Positions 1 through 9,200 of a stretch of 64,000 nt of DNA are shown here, piece by piece. The first letter of the stretch is position 1. Each line of letters starts with the position of its first letter. A program made the translations under genes and the position numbers. A model generated the notes under the pieces. The model worked only from the letters and a program-made list of their open reading frames with translations, searched no databases and had not been told where the DNA came from. The DNA is from an uncultured delta proteobacterium (GTDB taxonomy: Bacteria; Desulfobacterota; RBG-13-43-22): assembly GCA_963790475.1 (NCBI GenBank), contig CAWBOS010000010.1, positions 640,001 to 704,000 on the forward strand, written 5' to 3'.

Positions 1-111
1 AATGGCACCCGGTCCCTTTTCCATCGTTTTTCGATAAAGCCAAGACTTCTTAACCTTCAGGCCGGCGGCCATTTCCTCCACTGTTAAAAGATTCTTTGAA
101 TTGCTCTCCAT
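1..111 (-). CDS. Excisionase-like (HTH_17/AlpA-type) DNA-binding protein, N-terminal part, cut by the window edge
   Basis: Manual translation MESNSKNLLTVEEMAAGLKVKKSWLYRKTMEKGPGAI with GGAGG RBS; LLTxEExAxxLxVxxSWLY is a typical Xis-like HTH. Not in the supplied ORF track. Confidence 0.75.
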   Translation of the reverse strand, partial: MESNSKNLLTVEEMAAGLKVKKSWLYRKTMEKGPGAI

Positions 112-180
112 GAATTTGACCTCCTAAAAGAATGTTAACCAACAAATAAAGCCAGGATCTTCCGTAAGAAACTGGCTCTC

Positions 181-208
181 ATTTTAGACTAATAAATACC
201 TATGTCAA
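181..208 (-). promoter_or_regulatory. Sigma70-type promoter for the Xis-like gene
   Basis: Minus strand reads TTGACA-16 nt-TAAAAT. Confidence 0.55.
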
Positions 209-337
209 CATATAAGTAACTGATTTAACAGTATAATGTGTCAATATGTAACGTTTTGATGAACTTTTTTTTTGATTCTTGTCCACGAATAACAAGGACT
301 TGACTATTTTTTTTATGTGGGGGGAATTTATTTGAAT

Positions 338-1243
338 TTAAGAAGTGATTTTTTGATGGGACTTAACTCTTTTTTTCCATGGTGGGGGTTCTTTTGACAT
401 TAAGAAGTATTCTTCCAGTGCGGCTTTAATTGTATTTATAGATGCTTGGTCCTTTTTTTTATGTGAAGATTTCTTTAAGTTTTTTTGTATCCATGTGGCG
501 ATTCCGTTCCTCGTCATTTGACTTATTGCGGCAGGGCCTTTTTTCTCTTGAAGTTTGTTCCAAGAAGCCATTATCTTATTTTTCTTCGGCTGTTCGTAGG
601 TATCCTTCTTTTTTTTATTGCCGTTAGTGGTTCTGTCGAAATCTCTCCCTTTTTTATCCATACTTGTAGTTTCAAACATTGCTTCCCAAATTAAATGCAT
701 GGAAGCAATGTCCATCTGATAGACAAGCGAAGGGGGGAGGCGTTCTTCGATATGCTCGTAATAAAAAAACAAGAGTTCAAAAAGAATTGGAATGTCTCTT
801 GGGTCTCTTATCGGGTCCCACTTTGAAGAGAGGAAAAAAGAAAAAACGGAATTCAAAAGGTCATCGGGGAAGTCGAGAAATAGTTTTGTGAATAATTTTT
901 TATGGTCTTGAATGTTATTCCAGGTAGGTAAATATTTCCTAATATTATTTTTGAGTAAATCTTTAAATTTTCCCTTATATTCCTGGGTGCCTTGGGTAAG
1001 ACGAAAAGCATCATGGGTTTCATTAAACTCGAAATAGATGTTATTTAGGAGGATCAGTTTTTTTAATCTCTGCTCGGGGTTTACATAAGTGTCGATTGGA
1101 TCTGAAATTCTTTTCCAAAGAGATTGAACCAGCCGGTTTATCTTCTCTTGAAATTCGGTCTTTTCAGATTCGACTTTCGCCTTTTGCTTTGTTTCCTTTA
1201 AGGCTATTTTTTGCTTTTTGGGTTCATTTTTTTTTCGTCCCAT
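338..1243 (-). CDS. Hypothetical basic protein with possible C-terminal HTH (element regulator)
   Basis: 301-aa ORF upstream of the xis-like gene; C-terminal RNGIATWI...SINTIKAAL resembles an HTH. Confidence 0.6.
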   Translation of the reverse strand: MGRKKNEPKKQKIALKETKQKAKVESEKTEFQEKINRLVQSLWKRISDPIDTYVNPEQRLKKLILLNNIYFEFNETHDAFRLTQGTQEYKGKFKDLLKNNIRKYLPTWNNIQDHKKLFTKLFLDFPDDLLNSVFSFFLSSKWDPIRDPRDIPILFELLFFYYEHIEERLPPSLVYQMDIASMHLIWEAMFETTSMDKKGRDFDRTTNGNKKKKDTYEQPKKNKIMASWNKLQEKKGPAAISQMTRNGIATWIQKNLKKSSHKKKDQASINTIKAALEEYFLMSKEPPPWKKRVKSHQKITS

Positions 1244-1449
1244 TTGCGCACTCTCGTAAGCTTCTCGATTATTTTTTCAAGGAAAGACCGGCAGGAGATC
1301 GGCCCTTTTCGGGAGACACCCGACAGAAGCGTCCTGTTTCCATTTACAACCAGCGTGGCGGCCAGGTTGACGGCTGACGTGGTCTTCCCGACCCCGCCCT
1401 TGTTATTGACCAGGGCGACTATCCTTCCACAATTCCGTCCTTCCGTCAT
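1204..1449 (-). pseudogene. Truncated ParA/Soj ATPase
   Basis: [22 protein letters not shown] deviant Walker A; similarity is lost after about 41 aa (RTLL). Confidence 0.75.
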
Positions 1450-1483
1450 GATGTCGTTCCTTCCCTTGTCATCTTCGCTTCCA

Positions 1484-2746
1484 TCAGTGCGGCACGATCA
1501 GGTTGAAAAGTTTGTCCGCCTTTTCCGGATCGAGGCACCGCAGTTCTCGGACGACATCCAGGGCGGCTGACCGGTTTCCGGAATCGAAGTAAGTAATCCC
1601 GAGGGCATACCAGGTATAGTCAAATCCCGGCTCGATACGCAGGGCCTGGCGGTAAGCATCAATGGCATCATCATAACGATTGAGGGTGTTGTAAGTGTTC
1701 CCCAAGTTATACCAATAAATGAAGGCCATTTTCGAATCGTTTCGGGTGGCCTGGCGATAAGCCTTGATAGCATCATCGTAACGCTTAAGTGTGTCGTAAG
1801 CACACCCAAGGCTGTTCCAGGTATCGGCATCGTCCGGATCAATCCTGACAGCCTGGCGATAGGCTTCGATGGCATCAACGTAGCGCTTGAGACCCTCATA
1901 AGCGTTCCCGAGGCCAAACCAGGCGTTGGCATTTTCCGGATCACTTTTTGTCCACTTCCGGCACCAATCAAGCAACCCCTGCCAGTTCTTCGACTGCAGC
2001 AAGGCGGTAGCTCGTTTGAACCATTCGGTTTGGCTGCGACCCTCGGCGACCTGCTTCCGGCCCGGCTTGACCTCTCCTATCCATTCCGCGGGCATGGCGA
2101 AGTTCAGATTCTGCCCGCCTTCGATGTATAGGGTGATCAGGCCGACCAGCCGTCCTTTCCCATCGAACAGGCCCCCGCCGCTCGACCCGGTGGAGATGGC
2201 AGCGGTGGTCTGAATCAAGGGTGGTGGTCCTCCCCGGAGTTGCGCAACAATGCCGTCTGAAAGGGAAAGTTCCAGACCTTTCGGCGCTCCCACAGCATAA
2301 ACAGGGACCCCTACCTTGAGGCCCGCCGCCTTGCCAAGCTGTGCTGGTTTTCCTGTAATACCCTTGGCATCAAGGAGGCAGATATCCTTGTCGTCGTCTT
2401 CTGCATACAGGGTGGCCGGAAAAAGCTGTTTACCTCGGCCTACCTGGTAAGATGTACCCCCTTCGACGACGTGGCAGTTGGTAGCGACCCTTCCGGAGGA
2501 AATCAACACCCCGCTCCCCTGGGCTTTCAGCTTGCCCTGGGCGTCCAGGGTCTTCACCACAACAACGGCATCCTTGACCTTGTCGAAGACCTGGGCGGGC
2601 GTAAGGGCGTGGACCTGTTTTAATGGCGTAAAGGACTCCACAACCCAATCAAAGGCATCCTTCTTTTTAATGGATTCTCCAATGCAGGACGAAGAGACCA
2701 AGAAATAAGAAAAGGAAAGAACAAGAGAAAAAACCAATCTTTTCAT
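1484..2746 (-). CDS. Exported trypsin-like serine protease with C-terminal TPR repeats
   Basis: Hydrophobic N-terminus; catalytic triad motifs TNCHV, DICLL, GSSGG; several 34-aa TPR units (AWFGLGNAY...A...YRQA). Confidence 0.9.
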   Translation of the reverse strand: MKRLVFSLVLSFSYFLVSSSCIGESIKKKDAFDWVVESFTPLKQVHALTPAQVFDKVKDAVVVVKTLDAQGKLKAQGSGVLISSGRVATNCHVVEGGTSYQVGRGKQLFPATLYAEDDDKDICLLDAKGITGKPAQLGKAAGLKVGVPVYAVGAPKGLELSLSDGIVAQLRGGPPPLIQTTAAISTGSSGGGLFDGKGRLVGLITLYIEGGQNLNFAMPAEWIGEVKPGRKQVAEGRSQTEWFKRATALLQSKNWQGLLDWCRKWTKSDPENANAWFGLGNAYEGLKRYVDAIEAYRQAVRIDPDDADTWNSLGCAYDTLKRYDDAIKAYRQATRNDSKMAFIYWYNLGNTYNTLNRYDDAIDAYRQALRIEPGFDYTWYALGITYFDSGNRSAALDVVRELRCLDPEKADKLFNLIVPH

Positions 2747-2803
2747 TGGCCGCGATCCCTTCTAAAATTTTTACCTGCAAGCATTTCCTTAGATTTTGAT
2801 TTC

Positions 2804-2841
2804 AAAAACAAAAACCCCACCTCTCTGTTGAGAAATGGGGT
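2804..2841 (-). terminator. Intrinsic terminator after the nuclease gene
   Basis: ACCCCA..TCTC / GAGA..TGGGGT stem followed on the minus strand by a T-rich tract. Confidence 0.6.
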
Positions 2842-2898
2842 CCTTGGTTCACTCATAGCGATATCCTTTGAAAAGGGTAACTCCAGATAACTCCCCGC

Positions 2899-4029
2899 CT
2901 ACTCAAGAGCCTTCTTAAGATCTAACTTGATTTGTTCATATTTCAATCGAAGAAGGGCAATGAAGTTGACGCCATTGGCAATTCGCTTAAGGTCTTTTTC
3001 TGAAATTACTATAACTATGATATCTTTACTTTGGAAAAATTTGAGTAATTCACGCTCAGCATTTGTGGTTTTCCCTTTCCCGCTGATATCATTACGGGAG
3101 AAAATAATTCCGAATTTACACTTTGCCGAATCTATAACGTGGCAGAATTTGCTTATAGCAGTGACATTTGCTGGTATTGACCAATCCTTGCACTCACACA
3201 AAAAATACCGTCCTATCTCCCCCCTAAAATCTAAGGAGAGTCCTTCCAGGATGCCTACTATATCATAATCCGTCGAGCTACTTCTCAAACGCATCAGTGC
3301 TCTGCACCCAGGCATTGAGGAAATGAGATAGTGTGATAGACGTTCGAGACATTTGCCATCGCCAGATCCTAATCTTTTTATTAGCCAACGAATGTACCTC
3401 AGATTTGGAACAAATGACATGGCTTCTCGGGGAGAGGGATAGTCCGTCATCCAATCCTGATCAATTTCTTGCAGGATCCATTCGGGAAACAATGCCTCTT
3501 TAGTACATTTTTGATAGAGAATCCATATTTCCTTTGCATAGCGTGTTACCTCTTGATGTGAGAATCCATATTTCCAGACCATTCGGGGGTAAACGCCAGT
3601 AGTGGGAGCAATATGCCCCTTCCCCATAATGGCATCCTCGCAAGCGGTCAACATTAAATAGCGCTTTGCCAGAACAGGGTGATCGAGCCTTGCATGGCAG
3701 TCACTGATATAAACCAAGGGCATTCCCTTGTGAACATACGAATCCTTTGTCTTTTGGTATGCTAACATCTGATCATATAGGCCGCTAAAAATTGGAAGAG
3801 CCTCGTGAAATCGAGACTGGTTCAAAAAATAAAGACCGCAAAGCTCCCATGCTCTTTGCATCTTTGTTGGGGATGACACATCTTCAGGTTTGATAGCTTT
3901 TGGCAATTGGTTCGCAATGAGGGACGCTCCATCTTGTCTATCAAACAAAGGAAGCAATTTCGGAGGAACCACTTCTTTAACTTCTTCAAAAAAATCATAT
4001 TTCGTTATAAGGCCATTCTCTTTTGTCAT
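2899..4029 (-). CDS. Helical/TPR-like N-terminus fused to an Mrr-like PD-(D/E)xK restriction-endonuclease domain
   Basis: C-terminal LERLSHYL...DYDIVG...FLCECKDW...FGIIFS pattern; start set at ATG 4029 (MTKENG) after AAGGA. Confidence 0.7.
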   Translation of the reverse strand: MTKENGLITKYDFFEEVKEVVPPKLLPLFDRQDGASLIANQLPKAIKPEDVSSPTKMQRAWELCGLYFLNQSRFHEALPIFSGLYDQMLAYQKTKDSYVHKGMPLVYISDCHARLDHPVLAKRYLMLTACEDAIMGKGHIAPTTGVYPRMVWKYGFSHQEVTRYAKEIWILYQKCTKEALFPEWILQEIDQDWMTDYPSPREAMSFVPNLRYIRWLIKRLGSGDGKCLERLSHYLISSMPGCRALMRLRSSSTDYDIVGILEGLSLDFRGEIGRYFLCECKDWSIPANVTAISKFCHVIDSAKCKFGIIFSRNDISGKGKTTNAERELLKFFQSKDIIVIVISEKDLKRIANGVNFIALLRLKYEQIKLDLKKALE

Positions 4030-4248
4030 TCCTATTCCTTTATTAAAATGTCCAAAAAGGCGGTCCTCTCCTCTTAATCCCAATTATCTGCAACCAATTT
4101 GCTACTATTTTATCACAAAACACCGTAAAAAAACAAAAGAGAAGAAAAAAGATTTCTCCCTTTTCTCCCCCTTTTTCGTTTGTTGTTTCTTTACCTTGTT
4201 ATGCATTGCTACTATAATATTATCTAATAGTTTTAGCAACTTAATCCA

Positions 4249-4293
4249 CTGACACGGTAGAAGTCAAGGGTTCAAATCCCTTCGTGCCTACCA
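4249..4293 (+). tRNA. 3' half of tRNA-Val(GAC), an att-site duplication rather than an intact tRNA
   Basis: CTGACAC anticodon loop, GGTAG, variable loop AAGTC, T-arm AAGGG-TTCAAAT-CCCTT, CGTGCCT-A-CCA. The 5' acceptor strand, D-arm and 5' anticodon strand are absent. Confidence 0.88.
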
Positions 4294-4301
4294 TGGATTT
4301 C

Positions 4302-4335
4302 AAGGGGCCCGCTTTTTTAGCGGGCTCCTTTTTTT
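4302..4335 (+). terminator. Intrinsic terminator of the original tRNA gene
   Basis: AAGGGGCCCGCT / AGCGGGCTCCTT hairpin plus T run. Confidence 0.8.
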
Positions 4336-4549
4336 GTCCTTTTTCCGTGCTGTTCGGTGCCGTTAGGTAACCATTCAGTCCCGCCATATTTTTTCCTTTC
4401 TAAAAATCGCAGCTATCTTAGGGACGAGTTCTTTTTTGGCCCTTGAAAAATATCGGGCGATCTTAGAAGAACCTAAGCAGAATATCAATGCCCATCTTTA
4501 TTAAAAAAGGCTCCCCTTACAGGCCGATCAAAAGATATCCCGGTTTCCT

Positions 4550-6334
4550 TTAGCGGTTCTTGGTTTTCCTCAGGCGGATGGACAGGGGGGTTACTTCCAC
4601 CTGTTCGTCGTCATTGATATATTCCATGGCTTGTTCGAGGGTGAATCGGCGAGGAGGAACCAGGCGCAAGGCCTCATCGGCATTGGCGGCCCGGATATTG
4701 GTCAGTTTTTTTTCTTTGGTGATATTCACCCATAGGTCCTCGGGGCGGGAATTTTCACCAACGACCAATCCGGCATAGACCGGATCTCCGGGATTGACAA
4801 AAATGACGCCCCGGGGTTGAAGGTGAAAGATGGCATAAGAAACGGCTTTGCCGGGCCGGTCGGAAACCAGGACCCCGTTCGGCCGGGAGGGAATGGCCCC
4901 GGCATAAGCGGTGTGGCCGATGACCAGGGTGTTGAAAAGTCCGGTGCCCCGGGTATCGGTCAAGAATTGACTTCGAAAACCGATCAATCCCCGGGAAGGG
5001 ATTTCAAATTCAAGGCGCACCCGGCCGGAGCCATGGTTGATCATCTTGGTCATTCTACCACGACGGGCACTCAGCTTCTCGTTGACCACCCCCACGTGGA
5101 TCTCCGGAATGTCGACAACGGCCAGTTCCAGCGGTTCCATCAGCTTTCCATCGATCTGACGGGTGATGATTTTCGGTTTGGAAAGAGAAAGTTCAAAACC
5201 TTCCCGACGCATCATTTCCACAAGTACGGCCAATTGCAATTCGCCCCGGGCGCTGACCTTAAAAGAATCCCGATGTTCCGCCTCCTCTACGCTGATACTC
5301 ACGTTGTAAAGCAGTTCTTTATCCAACCGTTCTTTGATGTGACGGGAGGTTAAGAGCCGCCCTTCCTTGCCGGCCAAAGGAGAGGTATTGACCGAAAAGA
5401 CCATGGAGAGGGTTGGTTCTTCTACCGTGATGATCGGCAAGGGCCGGGGATCATCGGGATCGCCCAGGGTATCGCCGATAAAAACATCATCCACCCCGGC
5501 CACAGCGGCAATATCTCCGGCTTCGATGAGATCCCGCTCCACCCGGTTGAGGCCTTCATAGGAGTAAACCTGGCTGAGTGTGGCCTTGCCGGTCATCACG
5601 CCACTCTTGAGGAGGGCTATCTCTTGTCTTACCTTTAAATGACCGCCGACTATCTTGCCCACCGCGATTCGACCTACGTAGTCGCTATAATCCAGATTGG
5701 TTACCAGGAACTGCAAAGGGGCCTGGGGGTCACAGACCGGTGCGGGGATGGATTTTATAATGGCTTCAAAAAGAGGGGTCAGGTTTTCCCCTTGGCCGTC
5801 GGGATCGGTCAAGGCGATGCCGGCCCGGGCATTGGTATATAGGACTGGAAAATCGAGCTGGTCTTCTGTGGCCTCCAGATCGATAAAGAGATCGTAAATT
5901 TCATCCAGGACCTCCTTGATCCGGCGGTCCGGGCGATCGATCTTATTAATTACCACGATGGGGGGGAGCCTTCGTTCCAGGGCCTTGCCCAAGACAAAAC
6001 GGGTCTGGGGCAGAGGACCTTCGGTGGCATCCACCAGAAGCATGACCCCATCCACCATATTCAAAGTCCGTTCTACTTCTCCGCCGAAATCGGCGTGACC
6101 GGGGGTATCGACAATATTGATCTTGACCCCTTCATAGACAATGGCCGTATTCTTGGCCATAATGGTGATGCCTTTTTCCCGCTCCAGGTCCATACTGTCC
6201 ATGACCCGTTCGACCACCTGCTGGTTTTCCCGGAAGACACCGCTTTGCCAGAGCATGGCATCCACCAGAGTGGTCTTGCCGTGATCGACGTGGGCAATAA
6301 TGGCTAAGTTTCTCAAATCCTTACGAGTGGGCAT
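4550..6334 (-). CDS. typA: Translational GTPase TypA/BipA
   Basis: [29 protein letters not shown] and the BipA C-terminal domain. Confidence 0.97.
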   Translation of the reverse strand: MPTRKDLRNLAIIAHVDHGKTTLVDAMLWQSGVFRENQQVVERVMDSMDLEREKGITIMAKNTAIVYEGVKINIVDTPGHADFGGEVERTLNMVDGVMLLVDATEGPLPQTRFVLGKALERRLPPIVVINKIDRPDRRIKEVLDEIYDLFIDLEATEDQLDFPVLYTNARAGIALTDPDGQGENLTPLFEAIIKSIPAPVCDPQAPLQFLVTNLDYSDYVGRIAVGKIVGGHLKVRQEIALLKSGVMTGKATLSQVYSYEGLNRVERDLIEAGDIAAVAGVDDVFIGDTLGDPDDPRPLPIITVEEPTLSMVFSVNTSPLAGKEGRLLTSRHIKERLDKELLYNVSISVEEAEHRDSFKVSARGELQLAVLVEMMRREGFELSLSKPKIITRQIDGKLMEPLELAVVDIPEIHVGVVNEKLSARRGRMTKMINHGSGRVRLEFEIPSRGLIGFRSQFLTDTRGTGLFNTLVIGHTAYAGAIPSRPNGVLVSDRPGKAVSYAIFHLQPRGVIFVNPGDPVYAGLVVGENSRPEDLWVNITKEKKLTNIRAANADEALRLVPPRRFTLEQAMEYINDDEQVEVTPLSIRLRKTKNR

Positions 6335-6340
6335 AGCAGT

Positions 6341-6823
6341 CTACTCAACGGTCACTTTTCCCATGGTGACCTGGGAAAGGGGCCGGTCATTGGGGTCCGT
6401 TGGCCCGCAGGCGATGGCATTAACCACCTTCTGGCCTTCGGTGACCTGTCCAAAGATGGTATAGTTGGGGGGGAGGGGATAAGTTACGTGCATAATAAAG
6501 AACTGGGATCCATTAGTGTTTGGCCCGGCATTGGCCATGGCCACGGTCCCGGCCTGGTAGCCCTTTTGGTAAAGGGTTGAGACCGGATTGATCTCATCGT
6601 TAAAGCGGCCGCCCCAAGCCGATTGGCCCCCCCGTCCAGTACCGGTGGGATCTCCTCCCTGAATCATAAATCCTTTGATGGTTCGGTGGAATATGACTCC
6701 GTCGAAGTAACCTTTTTCAGCCAGGGTGATGAAATTTTCAGTGGTTTTAGGGGCCTCCGTTTCCAAAAGTTCAAAGCGGATAGTCCCTTGATTGGTTTTA
6801 ATGACGGCTTGGCGATTGGCCAT
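6341..6823 (-). CDS. Cyclophilin-type peptidyl-prolyl cis-trans isomerase
   Basis: FHRTIKGFMIQGGDP and MANAGPNTNGSQFFI motifs. Confidence 0.95.
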   Translation of the reverse strand: MANRQAVIKTNQGTIRFELLETEAPKTTENFITLAEKGYFDGVIFHRTIKGFMIQGGDPTGTGRGGQSAWGGRFNDEINPVSTLYQKGYQAGTVAMANAGPNTNGSQFFIMHVTYPLPPNYTIFGQVTEGQKVVNAIACGPTDPNDRPLSQVTMGKVTVE

Positions 6824-6850
6824 GCTTTCTCCTCCTCAATAAAATAAAAA

Positions 6851-6960
6851 TGGTGGGCAAAGTTATAATTGAGACGGCGCTCCCGATAGACAGGATTTTC
6901 CGGACGCCCCGGGACTAAGTCTCTAACCCGGTACTTGGAGCGATAATCATTTGCCCACCG
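6851..6960 (-). ncRNA. Putative structured RNA (sRNA or 5' leader) of unknown family
   Basis: Perfect 10-bp closing stem, 6-bp inner stem, inner hairpin, 5-bp loop-to-bulge pairing; begins at the predicted TSS and is followed by a U-rich tract. Confidence 0.55.
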
Positions 6961-6966
6961 TCGAAA

Positions 6967-6994
6967 ATGATAACAGTTTGAGCCAGAAAGGCAA
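6967..6994 (-). promoter_or_regulatory. Sigma70-type promoter with extended -10
   Basis: Minus strand: TTGCCT-16 nt-TATCAT with TG at the extended -10 position. Confidence 0.55.
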
Positions 6995-7180
6995 GCAAAA
7001 ATTTTATCGGAGCCTGTGCACTCGAATCAATCGATCTGTGCCCATATTTATCTTTAACGATTTTAACTTGCCTAATTAACTTGATTTAACAATATTTTCG
7101 TAATTGATTCCTGAATTCTGGCAGGAATAACTCCTATGAATCTAGGAGGATAGGCCTTGGTCAGGGAGTTATAATCCATT

Positions 7181-7207
7181 TCAGTTTTATGACTTGCGTA
7201 CCGATAA
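7181..7207 (+). promoter_or_regulatory. Sigma28 (FliA)-like promoter
   Basis: TCAG-15 nt-ACCGATAA. Confidence 0.4.
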
Positions 7208-7418
7208 AAAAGTGTTCCAGATTAACAAGATAGGATCATATTCTTTTCATTTTGACCTTAGGGCGTTTGTTAAGCTCAGGGGGATTTTACATTAATACAA
7301 TAACTCGATAAGGAACCAACAGTGGAATCGTTATCATGATGCTAATTCAAGAATCCCCTCTATCCGGGCAAATAATTACCCTGTTAAAACCGGTGGGGAA
7401 AGAAATTCCTTTTCGTAT

Positions 7419-8825
7419 GAGCCTCTTGCAAAAGTCTATTTTTAGGGAATAGACAAGCATAAAGAGTGAGCCTCAGCGGTGGTTCTGTGTTAAGATGATG
7501 TTTAGAAAGAACACAAAAAAACACAGGAGACACCGATGAAGCTCTGGAAAAAAGTATCATGGTTAAGGGGTAGATTGCAACAAGGTTTATTTTCCGATTT
7601 AGAAGAATGTTGGGAACAGCCTTTGACTGAAAAAGAGGAACGGCTGGTGACGATATTGGAACTGGTTGAGGTTGAAAGATATGTTCCCCGGAGTTCTTTA
7701 AATCAGTGGATGGGGAGGAAGATCCTTGAGCGCCAAGCGATAGCGCGGGCTTTTGTGGCCAAGACGGTCTATAACCATTCCTTCACCAGATCAACCATTG
7801 AACATTTGAAAACGACGTCTAATGTAAGACGCATCTGCGGGTTCGAAAAGGTATCCGACATTCCCTCTGAGGCCACTTTTTCCAGGGCCTTTGCGGAGTT
7901 TGCCGAAGGGGGGCTTGGCGAAAAAGTTCACGAAGCCCTGGTGGAACGTTGTTTAAAGCCGGAACTGGTTGGTCATATATCCCGAGACGCAACGGCCATA
8001 GAAGGTCGGGAAAAGCCGACTAAGAAGCCTGTAAAAGAAAAGCCTGCGCCGAAGAAGAGAGGACGTCCAGTCAAGGGAGAACTCCGTGATTCCAAGGAAG
8101 ACAAACGCTTGACCAGGCAACGAGAGCAATCAGTTGAAGAGGCCTTAAAAGAATTGCCGGTTTACTGCGACGTAGGGACCAAGAAGAACTCCAAAGGGTA
8201 CAAAGAGACCTGGGTCGGGTATAAACTCCATGCCGATGTTAATGATTGCGGATTGCCGGTGAGTGTCGTCTTGACCGCAGCATCGCTTCATGACAGCCAG
8301 GTCGCTATACCGTTAATGAAGATGACTAGTTCCAAGGTGGATTATCTTTATGATTTGATGGATGCCGCTTATGACGCTGGATCTATCTATGCAATCAGCA
8401 GAGCTCTGGGACATGTGCCCATTATCGACAAGAACTTCCGCGGTAAGGATGTGATCCCTATGGCTCCCCACGAGGCCAGAAGATTTAATGGAAGGACAGC
8501 ATCAGAACGGTTCAATAGCCGGTTAAAAGAAGAGTTCGGTGCCAAGAATGTCATGGTCCGAGGAGCCTTGAAAGTCAATCTCCATCTCATGTTTGGCGTC
8601 CTGGCGCTCTTTGCGGATCAGTTGATAAAGTTGGCTTCCTGAGTAAATTTTCAAAGAACGGGGTGAAAAGTTCAGGTCAGGAGGAGAACTATGCCTGAAA
8701 ATTGTTACCAAAGTCTCAAATCTGACTATCGTCGTTAAGAAAGACCCAAAATTTCTAAATCGACTGGGATAACCGCCTGCTGATATATTTCATCATGCAG
8801 TTTTTATAAGTTTTGCAAAAGGTTC
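7419..8825 (+). mobile_element. Insertion sequence (DDE, IS5/IS1182-like), 1407 bp
   Basis: Terminal IRs GAGCCTCTTGCAAAAGT and GAACCTTTTGCAAAACT (14/17 identical); 4-bp target duplication GTAT at 7415-7418 and 8826-8829. Confidence 0.9.
7536..8642 (+). CDS. DDE transposase
   Basis: PSEATFSR, RDATAI, GYKLH, LHDSQ, MDAAYD and ERFNSRLK motifs. Confidence 0.92.
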   Translation: MKLWKKVSWLRGRLQQGLFSDLEECWEQPLTEKEERLVTILELVEVERYVPRSSLNQWMGRKILERQAIARAFVAKTVYNHSFTRSTIEHLKTTSNVRRICGFEKVSDIPSEATFSRAFAEFAEGGLGEKVHEALVERCLKPELVGHISRDATAIEGREKPTKKPVKEKPAPKKRGRPVKGELRDSKEDKRLTRQREQSVEEALKELPVYCDVGTKKNSKGYKETWVGYKLHADVNDCGLPVSVVLTAASLHDSQVAIPLMKMTSSKVDYLYDLMDAAYDAGSIYAISRALGHVPIIDKNFRGKDVIPMAPHEARRFNGRTASERFNSRLKEEFGAKNVMVRGALKVNLHLMFGVLALFADQLIKLAS

Positions 8826-9126
8826 GTATGGGTGAAATTATCGAGGGTCAGGTGGCCGAGCTGGATTCATCTGCCGGATTTCTTCAGGATTTATACCAGG
8901 CCGTGGCCGAAATTTTAATCTTCATCTATAAAATGAATAATAAGGTTTTACCGGAATCATAAAAGAAGTCATCCCATAAAAATTTTCCGGCCGGGAATTT
9001 TTTTCCCACTTTTATTAAGATTAAATCTTATCCAAAAGCCCCAGCAGACTCCGCCAGAAAAGGAACTCTTGAATAATCGACCTGATTAAAGGGAGTTTGA
9101 AAAGCCTGGTGTCAATTTTATCCTCT

Positions 9127-9142
9127 TGGCATGAGGATTGCT
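9127..9142 (+). promoter_or_regulatory. Sigma54 promoter of motA1-motB1
   Basis: TGGCATGAGGATTGCT (GG-N10-GC). Confidence 0.8.
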
Positions 9143-9200
9143 TTCCCAAAACATAAAATCTGTTTTTGTTCATCAACCCACCCTATTGAGGAGGAATAGA

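Larger units (their letters stand above)
1..4293. mobile_element. Right end of an integrative element (genomic island / satellite-like) inserted in tRNA-Val(GAC); continues beyond the left edge
   Basis: Bounded by a 3'-only tRNA fragment (4249-4293). Contains an Xis-like gene, a ParA fragment and nuclease/protease cargo. Housekeeping typA resumes to the right. No integrase in the window. Confidence 0.8.
7336..8962 (+). pseudogene. IS-interrupted ORF with an FlhB-C/YlqH-like C-terminus
   Basis: Removing the IS and one GTAT restores a 71-aa frame ending DLYQAVAEILIFIYKMNNKVLPES. Confidence 0.65.

Noticed and set aside
6851-6956. tRNA-like reading of the structured RNA (GGGCAAA/UUUGCCC followed by ACCA)
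   Set aside because: No T-arm (TTCRA) or D-loop; the ACCA is mostly part of the longer closing stem
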